Shown piece after piece: positions 29,952 through 39,327 of a stretch of DNA of 64,000 nucleotides (positions are counted from its first letter, which is position 1; every line of letters starts with the position of its first letter). Origin of the DNA: an uncultured Planctomycetales bacterium (GTDB lineage Bacteria; Omnitrophota; Gorgyraeia; Zapsychrales; JANLHA01); contig CAZAXH010000002.1 of the NCBI GenBank assembly GCA_964489065.1, forward strand, positions 42,683 through 106,682, given 5' to 3'. The position numbers were made by a program, and so were the translations under genes. The notes beneath the pieces are model-generated. The model was given only the letters and a program-made list of their open reading frames with translations, searched no databases and had not been told where the DNA came from.

Positions 29952-30257
29952 GATGGGTTTGGGGTCCCCTGTCGGTTGAAAGAGTTTCCGGATGTATGTT
30001 CAGAAGTCGGATTATTCCGCGAAGCGAATTATCAATAGAAACCAGATGCCCGTGGGCGTGTGGTTCCATTCATGATTATTTTAATATAAAGAAGAGCATT
30101 TTCAACCCTTGACTTTAAAAAACATCGCCTTGTTTTTAAACGGTGAAAAGTAAAATAGCGCTTCCCCTGCCAGAAGAGACCTTGTATAATAAAAAAAATT
30201 TCAGGCCGGGGCGGGCCCGGCCTGGGCTGCCAGAGGGCTGTTAAAGAGGAGGATGTC

Positions 30258-31280
30258 TTGGTTACTCTCGGAGTTATTGGGTGCGGACATTGGGGTCCGA
30301 ATCATATCCGTATTTTCAACAGTTTGCCGGATTCCCAGGTCAAGCGTTGCGCGGATTTAAGTGAGGAACGGCGCAGAGCGGTGCAGGGGGCTTACCCGGA
30401 TATTATCGCTTCCGGGGATTACCGGGATATTTTAAGCGACGCGGGTATAGACGCGGTCTGTGTGTCTTCTCCCACGAATACGCATTATTCTCTGACCAGG
30501 GAGGCGCTTGAGGCGGGGAAGCACGTTTTTTGTGAAAAGCCATTGACCCTGCGTCCTGAGGAAAGCCTGGAATTAAAAGAGTTGGCGTTGGAAAAGCACA
30601 AGATTTTAATGGTCGGGCATGTCTTTGTTTTTAACAAGGGAATCACGTATCTCAAAGAACTCATCGCTTCCGGGGAATTGGGCACGATTCAATATGCCCA
30701 TTCGGAACGCACGAACCTCGGCCCTTTCCGGTATGACGTTAATGCGCTATGGGACCTGGCGCCCCACGATGTGTCTATTTTTAACTATCTTTTTGACAGC
30801 TCTCCTGTCAATGTGTCGGCCCGTGGGCATAAATGCCTCGGCCCAACTTTAGAAGATTTGGCGTTCGCCGCCTTAGAATATCCCCGTAATATCCTGGTTA
30901 ACATCCATGTCAGCTGGCTTGACCCCCGCAAGGTCAGGCAGATCACGATTGTCGGAGATAAAAAGATGGTGATCTGGGACGACCTGGATCAGACAGGACC
31001 AATTAAGCTGTATGATAAGCATGTCGAGAGAACGGCCACGTTTTATGAAACGTACGGCGAATTTCAATTGCTCTCCCGGGAAGGGAGCATCACGATCCCC
31101 CACATAGGGGTTCAGGAACCTTTAAAAGTCCAGGGGCAATATTTCATTGACCGGGTGCGACAAGGGGAAAACCCGGATATCGCTGACGCCGCCAAAGGGT
31201 ATGATGTCGTTAAAACGCTTTGTGCCGTGCAGCAGTCGATGAATCAGAATGGCACCCCTGTCATGATCGAGGCCCACTAG
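30258..31280 (+). CDS. Gfo/Idh/MocA-family NAD-dependent sugar dehydrogenase (WbpB-like)
   Basis: TTG start 5 nt after AGAGGAGG; Rossmann GVIGCGHWG; EKPL motif; the family conserved in UDP-sugar 3-dehydrogenases. Confidence 0.8.
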   Translation: MVTLGVIGCGHWGPNHIRIFNSLPDSQVKRCADLSEERRRAVQGAYPDIIASGDYRDILSDAGIDAVCVSSPTNTHYSLTREALEAGKHVFCEKPLTLRPEESLELKELALEKHKILMVGHVFVFNKGITYLKELIASGELGTIQYAHSERTNLGPFRYDVNALWDLAPHDVSIFNYLFDSSPVNVSARGHKCLGPTLEDLAFAALEYPRNILVNIHVSWLDPRKVRQITIVGDKKMVIWDDLDQTGPIKLYDKHVERTATFYETYGEFQLLSREGSITIPHIGVQEPLKVQGQYFIDRVRQGENPDIADAAKGYDVVKTLCAVQQSMNQNGTPVMIEAH

Positions 31281-31282
31281 GT

Positions 31283-31852
31283 ATGGGACAACCGGTTTTT
31301 CATCATCCTTCTGCACTGGTCAGCCCTCGGGCAAGGATAGGGGAAGGCACCCGCATCTGGGCTTTCGCCAATATCCAGGACGGCGCCGTCATAGGAGAGT
31401 CTTGTAATATCTGCGACGGGTGTTATATCGAAAAAGGAGCGGTGATCGGGAATCATGTGACTTTGAAGAACGGGGTCAATGTTTTTGACGGGATTACGAT
31501 CGGCGATGATGTTTTTTGCGGCGCGCATACCGCTTTTATCAATGACCGGAATCCGCGCAGCCACCGTGATGATCCGTGGATGCTGGAACGCACGACGGTT
31601 CAACGGGGCGCCACAATCGGCAGTAATTCCACGATCCTGTGCGGGATTACAATCGGAGAGTACGCTTTTATCGGAGCGGGGAGCGTTGTCACCCGGGACA
31701 TCCCGGCTCACGGCCTGTTTTTCGGCAACCCGGCGCAGCCTCACGGATACATGTGCCGCTGCGGACGGAAATTGAATGAGGGATACCGGTGCGGCCATTG
31801 CCAGAGGCAGTACGAGTTGTCAGACAAAGGACTGGCGCCTTTAGACCGCTGA
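31283..31852 (+). CDS. Hexapeptide-repeat (LbH) N-acetyltransferase (WbpD/WlbB-like) with C-terminal zinc-ribbon tail
   Basis: ATG 3 nt after the upstream stop; left-handed beta-helix repeats; C-terminal CRCGRK...CGHC. Confidence 0.7.
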   Translation: MGQPVFHHPSALVSPRARIGEGTRIWAFANIQDGAVIGESCNICDGCYIEKGAVIGNHVTLKNGVNVFDGITIGDDVFCGAHTAFINDRNPRSHRDDPWMLERTTVQRGATIGSNSTILCGITIGEYAFIGAGSVVTRDIPAHGLFFGNPAQPHGYMCRCGRKLNEGYRCGHCQRQYELSDKGLAPLDR

Positions 31853-31897
31853 TTTTTTCAACCCGTTTTTTCAAACAAGAGATATTGATTTCACAAC

Positions 31898-32632
31898 GTG
31901 ATGAGCCGTATTTTAATCTGTCCCGTCGCCTTCAATGAGGACATTAAATTAAGGAACGCTATCGAACGGTTTTTGCGCAGCCCGGGTCGGGATGCGTATG
32001 ATTATTTGATCGTTGATGATGCTTCCACGGACGGGACAACGGCGATGATCTCCTCTTTTGCGGACCGGGGGGTGAAAACGATACGGCATCCTTCCCGGCG
32101 AGGCGTGGGGGCCGCGATCAGGACGGCGATCCGGTATGTCGAGGCCGAAGGATACGATATCCTCGTTATTATGGCCGGGAACGATAAAGACAACCCGGAG
32201 GAGATCCCTCAGCTGCTTGAGCCGATTTTGAACGGTGGGGTGGATCTGGTGCAGGGCTCAAGGTATCTGGCGGGGAAACGCATCGGGGGGGACATGCCGC
32301 TATACCGGAAATGGGCCACCCGTTTGCACCCATTGCTTTTTTCCCTGATGACCGGCAAAAAGATGACCGATACGACCAATGGCTTCCGGGCCATGCGGGT
32401 GAATCTTTTCCGGGACCAGCGGATTCTTCTCGATCAGTCCTGGCTGGACCATTACGAGCTGGAACCCTATATTTTATACAAGGCGGTGACCCTCGGGTAC
32501 CGGGTTGCGGAAGTGGGGGTTAGCAAAATTTATCCAGCCAAGAAACTCGGATATACCAAAATGAAACCTATTACCGGTTGGTGGAGCATCCTCCGGCCGT
32601 TGTTTTATTTGTGGCTGGGAATCAGAAAGTAG
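31898..32632 (+). CDS. Family 2 glycosyltransferase (DPM1-like, polyprenol-phosphate sugar synthase type)
   Basis: DxD-type motifs (LIVDDASTDGT, VQGSRY) and overall GT2 fold pattern. Confidence 0.8.
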   Translation: MMSRILICPVAFNEDIKLRNAIERFLRSPGRDAYDYLIVDDASTDGTTAMISSFADRGVKTIRHPSRRGVGAAIRTAIRYVEAEGYDILVIMAGNDKDNPEEIPQLLEPILNGGVDLVQGSRYLAGKRIGGDMPLYRKWATRLHPLLFSLMTGKKMTDTTNGFRAMRVNLFRDQRILLDQSWLDHYELEPYILYKAVTLGYRVAEVGVSKIYPAKKLGYTKMKPITGWWSILRPLFYLWLGIRK

Positions 32633-32647
32633 GGGAAGGAGCGGGTC

Positions 32648-33418
32648 ATGAAAAAATGCCCCCGTTGCCAGCTCGTGTATCACATGGACGAGCGGGCCCG
32701 TTGTCTTTATTGTGACACCCTCCTGGTGATGACGAACCGCCAGGAAGAGGGCAAGAAGCCTCCGGCCTCTTTGATGACAGGATTCAATATTGCCCAGGGC
32801 ATCGTCCGCAAGATTTTTATCGGCCTGGCGTCGGAGGATCATGCCCGGACGCAATTCCTGATCGGGAATTATTTTAAAATTAGGACATTCAGTTTTATGT
32901 ACACGTTCAGCCGCAACGAATATAAAATGGGCCGTACCTATAAACGCGCGCTGATTCAACCCCTGTCCGTGTATTCTTTCTTCCTGCTTCCCTGGGTGGT
33001 GTATAATATCCTGGACACGATTTTATTCCGGCTCACTCACAACGCTTACTGTGAAAAGTGCCAATGCAAGTTTGTCCGGTACGCCGGTCAGAAAGAACAC
33101 AACCCGGATGAGTGCGAGTATAACCGTGAATACACGGCGGTGGTCAACGACATCGTTTCCGGCCGGATTACGGAAACGGAATCCAACTTGAAATGGCTTG
33201 CGGGGAAGAAGATCCACGCCGGGCAAAAGAGCGCTTACCGGGATCTGTGTGTCGGGGAAAAAGGTTGGCAGCCTGTTTTGGATGTGATGTGTATCTGGTT
33301 TTCAATCTGTCTTCTTGTCGTCACGCTTGTCATTGGGTTTCTCCCGAAGGCCGTTAAGATGGTTACGGGCGTCAGCGGAGACATGGAATCGATTTATGGC
33401 GATGAAAATGCAAAATAG
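32648..33418 (+). CDS. Hypothetical membrane protein with N-terminal zinc-ribbon (CPRC...CLYC)
   Basis: RBS GGAAGGAG; CxxC pairs at N-terminus and mid-protein; two TM helices. Confidence 0.4.
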   Translation: MKKCPRCQLVYHMDERARCLYCDTLLVMTNRQEEGKKPPASLMTGFNIAQGIVRKIFIGLASEDHARTQFLIGNYFKIRTFSFMYTFSRNEYKMGRTYKRALIQPLSVYSFFLLPWVVYNILDTILFRLTHNAYCEKCQCKFVRYAGQKEHNPDECEYNREYTAVVNDIVSGRITETESNLKWLAGKKIHAGQKSAYRDLCVGEKGWQPVLDVMCIWFSICLLVVTLVIGFLPKAVKMVTGVSGDMESIYGDENAK

Positions 33419-33671
33419 TGTCTGGAAGAACAGGGCCCGGTTTTGGGTGGCAGCGGCGGCCATGGCCGCATCTCTGGCCGGTTGCGCTTCGTCAGAAACC
33501 GCGCCTCGGAATATCCTTGACCCGGGCTATCTGAGGTATCAGCGTGAGGCCGATGATCTGGACCGGGACTATTTGAACAAAAAGATGACTTACGCGGAAT
33601 ATAAAGAGCGCAGACAGCAGTTGGATGCCCGGTATCATCGGACAACCGTTGGCGCGCCGTATTCTTATTAA
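33396..33671 (+). CDS. Small lipoprotein, hypothetical
   Basis: Signal peptide with lipobox (SLAGC); internal ATG 33396 preferred over the track start 33315. Confidence 0.35.
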   Translation: MAMKMQNSVWKNRARFWVAAAAMAASLAGCASSETAPRNILDPGYLRYQREADDLDRDYLNKKMTYAEYKERRQQLDARYHRTTVGAPYSY

Positions 33672-33693
33672 TTCCGGGACGGGGAAATATCCC

Positions 33694-34419
33694 ATGCGCC
33701 TTTATGGAAAAAATCCGGTGTTAGAGCGGCTCAAAAGCAATCCTCAAAGTATCCGTAAGATTACCCTGCTGGAGGGGCATCCGGACGCGGGTTATTTTTA
33801 TAAGAAGGCGCGGCAGTGGGGGATTCCGGTTGTGGCCGTTCCTAAAAGTAAAATGTTGAAGTTGACCAGGAACGTGAATTCCCAGGGCGTCATTTTTGAA
33901 GTCGATGATTTTTCTTACACGCCGTTTGATGAAGCTTTAGTTTGGGCTCAAAAGAAGAAAGCGGCGCTGATTTTTTTGGATGAGCTGACGGACCCCCAGA
34001 ATCTGGGGGGCATGATGAGGACCATGGCTTGCCTAGGCGACTTTGTGATCGTGATCCCTACGCATAAGTCCGTGGCGGTGACGGAAGCGGTGTTGCGGGT
34101 CGCTTGCGGCGGAGATAATTATGTGAAGGTGTCTAAGGTCAGCAACTTGGGGCAGGCGATCCGGCACTCCCGAGACGAGGGCTATTGGATCGGCGGCACG
34201 GTGGTGCAGGGCGGGACGGGCTTGTCCGAGGTCGTTTTTCCGGAATTATGCGGTCTTGTGGTCGGGTCAGAACAAAAAGGCGTCCGTCCGGTGTTGTTAA
34301 AACTGGTGGATCAGGAAGTAACGATCCCCATGGCCCAGCCGCGGCTGTCTATGAACGTTGCGCATGCGGTCACGGTTATGGCTTATGAGATCATCAGGCA
34401 GAAAGGGCGGCGGGCATGA
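33694..34419 (+). CDS. rlmB: 23S rRNA 2'-O-methyltransferase RlmB-like (SpoU/TrmH family)
   Basis: N-terminal substrate-binding domain (MRLYGKNPVLE) plus SpoU methylase motifs. Confidence 0.75.
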   Translation: MRLYGKNPVLERLKSNPQSIRKITLLEGHPDAGYFYKKARQWGIPVVAVPKSKMLKLTRNVNSQGVIFEVDDFSYTPFDEALVWAQKKKAALIFLDELTDPQNLGGMMRTMACLGDFVIVIPTHKSVAVTEAVLRVACGGDNYVKVSKVSNLGQAIRHSRDEGYWIGGTVVQGGTGLSEVVFPELCGLVVGSEQKGVRPVLLKLVDQEVTIPMAQPRLSMNVAHAVTVMAYEIIRQKGRRA

Positions 34420-35024
34420 AAGGGGAAAAACGGGGTGAACCCGGGAAGACGGCAGCGGAGCAGGCCTTGGATTTTTTTGCGGAAGCCGGTTTGCTGAAAC
34501 GGATTAAGCGCACGGGCTGGTGGGTTGCCGGCATTGATGATCCGGAATCGGTCGCCGAGCATTCCTTCCGCACCGCGGTGATTGGGTATTACCTGGCGTA
34601 TTGGGAAGACGTTGATCCTTTTAAAGTGGTCACCATGTCTTTGTTTAATGATATTCATGAAGCCCGGATCAATGATTTGCATAAGATGGGGCATTATTAT
34701 ATTGATTTTAAGCTCGCGGAGCAGAAAGTTTTTAAAGATCAGGTTGCGGGATTGGACGCCCGGGTTAAGGGGGCGCTGGAACGCATGCGGGCGGAGTATG
34801 ACAAACAGATGTCGCCGGAGAGTCTGGTGGCCAGAGACGCCGATATCCTGGAATGCCTGATCCAGGCGAAGGAATATTATGACAATGGATATTGTGCCGC
34901 CAGATTATTTTTTAAATCGGCTCCGAAATTTTTGAGAACAAAAAGCGCCCGGAAGCTCTGGGGACAGGTCCGGCGATGGGACAGCAGCCGGTGGTGGCAG
35001 GCTGTCGTGAAATTTGAGCGTTAG
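34416..35024 (+). CDS. HD-domain phosphohydrolase (YfbR-like 5'-deoxynucleotidase family)
   Basis: HD motif (VAEHSF...) and downstream D residues; roughly 200 aa. Confidence 0.65.
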   Translation: MKGEKRGEPGKTAAEQALDFFAEAGLLKRIKRTGWWVAGIDDPESVAEHSFRTAVIGYYLAYWEDVDPFKVVTMSLFNDIHEARINDLHKMGHYYIDFKLAEQKVFKDQVAGLDARVKGALERMRAEYDKQMSPESLVARDADILECLIQAKEYYDNGYCAARLFFKSAPKFLRTKSARKLWGQVRRWDSSRWWQAVVKFER

Positions 35025-35187
35025 AGAACGTCGGGGATATTATAAGCGGCAAGCGCCGGCTAGGCCGGGAAATGTTGAAGCCCCGGGTGTTCGGGAAAAA
35101 AATATAATAACTCTTGGTTGAGGGGTATGTCTGCGGGTAGAATAATATTTAAACAGAAAAGCCGTTCCCCGCGGCCTAAGGAGAAAT

Positions 35188-35481
35188 ATGGAACGCATTG
35201 GATTGGCCGCCAGCAAGGTGGCGAAAGGGAATTTGGTCATATATAACCTTGTCGTGATCCTGCTTTCTTTTTTATACTGTTCCCTGATGTTCCTTATCGC
35301 CGGAGCTACGATCCTGTTTTCGCTTATTGTCCTGGGGTACATCGTGAGTGGACTTCTGCCCCAGGATTACGGACAGGACTGGTGGGCGGTGATTCGTCTT
35401 TGTATGTTGTTATTGACGGGGATAGTGGCGATCGTGAATTTATACGCTGTGGGACGGAATTTTAAATTTAAAAGGGAATGA
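35188..35481 (+). CDS. Hypothetical small membrane protein (3 TM)
   Basis: Hydrophobic 97-aa ORF with RBS AAGGAGAAAT. Confidence 0.35.
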   Translation: MERIGLAASKVAKGNLVIYNLVVILLSFLYCSLMFLIAGATILFSLIVLGYIVSGLLPQDYGQDWWAVIRLCMLLLTGIVAIVNLYAVGRNFKFKRE

Positions 35482-35518
35482 AACAAAACTGTCTTTTTGT
35501 CCCTGCTCCGATCCGTTT

Positions 35519-37858
35519 TTGAACCTTATGAGCGAAGATCAATTGGCATTTTACGAACTGGTGGAACATCTGGACCTGGGGGCCTTTCGTCTAAAACCTG
35601 GCCTGCGGGAAAAATTTTTATTTGTGAACGCCGCCTTTGCGGGCATGCTCGCGTATGCGCCGGGGGAGCTTTTGCAGGAGGACCTGTCCGGTATTTTTAT
35701 TGAGCGGAGGAAAATTCGCACGGCTTACCGCAAGGTTGTCGAATCCGGCACCTTTATGATCGAAGAGATCGGCCTCCGGAGGAAAACAGGCGCGGCTCTT
35801 GTTGTGTCTCTGCTGCTTGTGGCTGTTGTGGACGCCCGGAAGCGCTTGAAATATATTGATGGGATTGTGAAAAATATCAGCACCTTGAAACACGCCGAAC
35901 AACTGCAGCAGGAGTCCAAAGAGCTTTTCGAAAGTGTTTTTAACAATTCAGCGGCGGCGATCATCGTGATGGATAGGGAAGCGAGAATCCTGGCCTGGAA
36001 TCCGTTTGCGGAAAAGATGCTGGGTATGGACAAGCGGGATTTATTTAACAAGCCGTTCCCGGAATTATTCCCGGCCAAACAATGGCAAAAATTGTCCGCT
36101 TTGCCGATCTGGGATAAAGAAGCGGCCTCGGAAATCGAAGCGCAGATCCACAATAAGGATGGCGCGGACATTGATATTAATATGTTTATTTCCTATTTTA
36201 ATGACGCCTCCGGAGGAAGGATGGGATCCGTTGCCCTGATCCTGGATGTGAGCCGCCAGAAGACCGCGGAAAGGCGGATCCGGGAATCGGAGAATAAAAT
36301 CCGGATTATTTTGGATAATTCGGCGGCGGCCATTACCATGACAGACGCGCAGGAACGGATTGTATCCTGGAATAAGTTTACGGAAGAGATGCTGGGGAAA
36401 ACACGCGAGGAACTTTATTTGAACCCGGTCAGTTCTCTGTACCCGCCGGAGGAGTGGGAGAAAATCCGGGGTGCCCGCATTCGCGAAAAAGGGTCCATGC
36501 ACCATCTGGAGACAAAAGTGCTTGGCCGCGATGCAAGCGTGATCGACGTGGATTTGTCAGTGACTATTATCAAGGATAGTAACGGGGATATCACCGGATC
36601 GGTTGGGATTATGCAGGACATCACGCGGCAGAAAAAAATTCATCAAGAGCTTCTGCGCGCCAAGATTATGGCGGAGGAAGCGAACAGCGCGAAAAGCATG
36701 TTTTTAGCCAACATGTCTCATGAAGTCAGGACCCCCATGAATACGATCATGGGGATGCTGGATCTTACCCTAGACACCCCGCTGACCGACGAACAGAGGG
36801 AGAATCTTACGACGATTAAGAGCGCTGCGGATATCCTGCTGAGTTTGCTGAATGATATCTTGGACCTGTCCCGGGTGGAGGCGGGCAAGCTGCAGTTGGA
36901 GCGTATTGAACTGAATATCGAAAATATTATCCGGAGCGTATGCACGGGGCTCTCCGTTTTGGCCCGGAAAAAAAATCTTGCTTTGGTTGGGGAGGTGGAT
37001 CCCGGCGTCCCGGGAATTCTGATCGGTGACCCGATCCGTCTGCGCCAGATTTTGGTGAACCTGATCAACAACGCGATCAAATTCGCTTTCCGGGGCGAAA
37101 TTAAAACGAAAGTCACGGTCCTGACTTTGGACGACAAGATGTGTGAATTGCAGTTTTCGGTGTCCGACCAGGGGATCGGGATCGCCCAGGATAAACTTCA
37201 GTCCATTTTTGATGTCTTTTCTCAGGCGGATCCTTCCACGACCAGGAAATTTGGCGGTACGGGGCTGGGGCTGGCGATCTGTAGCCGGTTGGTCGATTTG
37301 ATGGGAGGGCGGATATGGGTGGAAAGCGAAGAATATAAAGGCAGCACGTTTTGGTTTACCGCCAAATTCATGGTCGCGGCACCGCAGCCGGTGCCGGAAG
37401 CCGAAGCCGCGCCGTTGGCGGACGCTATGTCCCCGCCGCCGGTTGCCGATCTGGACCCGGGGCATTTGCGCATTCTGCTGGCGGAAGACAATATCGTGAA
37501 TCAAAAAATTACGGTCAGGATGCTTGAGAAACGGGGCTGGACAGTTAAAACCGCTGACAACGGCAAACAAGTATTAGAGCGGTTGGACGCGGAAAAATTT
37601 GATGTTATACTGATGGATGCTCAAATGCCTCTAATGGACGGCTATGAGGCGACGAAGAGGATTCGCGAAAGGGAGGCCGGAACGGAGGCGCATATCCCGA
37701 TCATTGCTTTGACAGCGCGGGCCATGAGCGGGGATCGCAAACGGTGTATGCTGGCGGGGATGGACGGTTATGTGACGAAACCGATTGACCGGGAAAAGTT
37801 GTTCGAGACCATTTTAGGTTTGTTTAATATTCCAACCAATCAAAGGAAGGGTCAATGA
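35519..37858 (+). CDS. Hybrid sensor histidine kinase (PAS x3, HisKA, HATPase_c, C-terminal receiver)
   Basis: H-box [14 protein letters not shown]; G-box GGTGLGLAI; receiver ILLAEDN...[13 protein letters not shown]...PIIALTA; start could be TTG 35519 or ATG 35528. Confidence 0.8.
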   Translation: MNLMSEDQLAFYELVEHLDLGAFRLKPGLREKFLFVNAAFAGMLAYAPGELLQEDLSGIFIERRKIRTAYRKVVESGTFMIEEIGLRRKTGAALVVSLLLVAVVDARKRLKYIDGIVKNISTLKHAEQLQQESKELFESVFNNSAAAIIVMDREARILAWNPFAEKMLGMDKRDLFNKPFPELFPAKQWQKLSALPIWDKEAASEIEAQIHNKDGADIDINMFISYFNDASGGRMGSVALILDVSRQKTAERRIRESENKIRIILDNSAAAITMTDAQERIVSWNKFTEEMLGKTREELYLNPVSSLYPPEEWEKIRGARIREKGSMHHLETKVLGRDASVIDVDLSVTIIKDSNGDITGSVGIMQDITRQKKIHQELLRAKIMAEEANSAKSMFLANMSHEVRTPMNTIMGMLDLTLDTPLTDEQRENLTTIKSAADILLSLLNDILDLSRVEAGKLQLERIELNIENIIRSVCTGLSVLARKKNLALVGEVDPGVPGILIGDPIRLRQILVNLINNAIKFAFRGEIKTKVTVLTLDDKMCELQFSVSDQGIGIAQDKLQSIFDVFSQADPSTTRKFGGTGLGLAICSRLVDLMGGRIWVESEEYKGSTFWFTAKFMVAAPQPVPEAEAAPLADAMSPPPVADLDPGHLRILLAEDNIVNQKITVRMLEKRGWTVKTADNGKQVLERLDAEKFDVILMDAQMPLMDGYEATKRIREREAGTEAHIPIIALTARAMSGDRKRCMLAGMDGYVTKPIDREKLFETILGLFNIPTNQRKGQ

Positions 37859-38199
37859 AAAAAAACGTTATTGATATGGATGATGTGATGGAGCGTGTCC
37901 AGGATGACAGGGATCTGCTCATGGAGTTGCTGGATATTTTCCAGAATGACTATAGGGTGAAAAGGAAATTGTTTGACCAATATCTGGCCGCCCAAGACGC
38001 CGCACAGCTCCGTGACCTGGCCCATTCCCTGAAAGGGGCGGCCGGAAATATATCGGCGGTCCAGATGTTTGCCACGTGCAAAGACCTCGAAAAGATGGCG
38101 AGTGATAACGTCTTCGACGGTATGGAAAAGTTATTAAAACTTCTTGATACTCAATTCGCGGATTTGCAGGCCTGCATCGAGGAATTGAAAGCGCAGTAA
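37855..38199 (+). CDS. Hpt histidine phosphotransfer protein
   Basis: HSLKGAAGNISA Hpt motif; overlaps the kinase stop. Confidence 0.7.
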   Translation: MKKNVIDMDDVMERVQDDRDLLMELLDIFQNDYRVKRKLFDQYLAAQDAAQLRDLAHSLKGAAGNISAVQMFATCKDLEKMASDNVFDGMEKLLKLLDTQFADLQACIEELKAQ

Positions 38200-38247
38200 C
38201 AGAAACAAACGTTTTGAACCCGAGGCCCCGCGGGGGGCCTTAACGGG

Positions 38248-39300
38248 ATGATCCCGATTTTTATGAAACGTCATATCCTTCCCATAATAATCATGCTGGC
38301 TGTGTTAGGAGGAATTTTTTTCTCTCTTGTCCATTTTACATGGTTTTTTAATTATTTCGGCCCCGCTTATATTAAACGGCAGTTGAAAGACTATACCTTA
38401 GAAACGTTTCATGTCACAAGCCAGAAATTCAGTTTCCCAGAAACATTTGTCCTGCAGGATGTGCGAATTGTGCTTACCAAAGAAGACAAACCCTGTGAGA
38501 TAACGGTGAAAGAAATAACCCTCTATGAGTTTTTCACCTATTTAAAGAAAAAAGAGAATATTAAGCTTGTCGTGAAAGGGTTAAGTCTTAAATATGACCG
38601 GCTAGGGATAGAGAATATTAATGTCAAAGGCCTGCTTTTTTTCCAGGGCCGTCATCTTTCCCAAGTGAACGGCATTTTTGCCGGACAGCGCGCCGCCATA
38701 TCCCCGTATCATGTGGAGAATTTCGAGGGGCAATTGCGGGGGGCGCGCAACAAGATTCAGTTGACGGATTTGGTGGCGGATGCTTACGGAGGCATGGTTA
38801 AAGGCCAGGTTGTCCTGGAGTATAATCCGCAGTTGAATTATATTTTCTGGTTGGAGCTCAGCAATTTTAAACCGGAACTTTTAAAAGAAACCCGGCAGCC
38901 CTTATTCACCCAGATCCGGGGAGAGATCAGCGGCGCGATGCGTCTTATCTGGGTGGCACAGCAGGTGAACCTGCTGGCGGTTAACTTGCAGTTTAACAGA
39001 GGCGGAGTGATTCTCCCCGGCCTTGTTGAGAACATATTAGCTTGGGGTGGAAATGCGGCGGCAAAGACCCAATTGAGTTCGATGCGGGCTTCTGACGGCA
39101 GCCTTAAAGTTGACCAGGGGAAAATGAGATTGCAAAATGCCGAGGAATACCGCTTCAGCCTGGAGTATTCTTTGGTTGATGAAGGGCAAGGGTTTAAACT
39201 CAGAGAACAGCAGGAGCTCCCGGTCCCGGGAGGCATTTCCCGCTTGCTTTTTCCCGCAGAGGAGAATAACCCCTTGGCCGAAGATGAACTGCTGCCATAA
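38248..39300 (+). CDS. Hypothetical membrane-anchored/secreted protein
   Basis: N-terminal TM; beta-rich periplasmic portion; no motif recognised. Confidence 0.4.
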   Translation: MIPIFMKRHILPIIIMLAVLGGIFFSLVHFTWFFNYFGPAYIKRQLKDYTLETFHVTSQKFSFPETFVLQDVRIVLTKEDKPCEITVKEITLYEFFTYLKKKENIKLVVKGLSLKYDRLGIENINVKGLLFFQGRHLSQVNGIFAGQRAAISPYHVENFEGQLRGARNKIQLTDLVADAYGGMVKGQVVLEYNPQLNYIFWLELSNFKPELLKETRQPLFTQIRGEISGAMRLIWVAQQVNLLAVNLQFNRGGVILPGLVENILAWGGNAAAKTQLSSMRASDGSLKVDQGKMRLQNAEEYRFSLEYSLVDEGQGFKLREQQELPVPGGISRLLFPAEENNPLAEDELLP

Positions 39301-39327
39301 AGAACCTCGGAAGCGTGGTCGAACACA

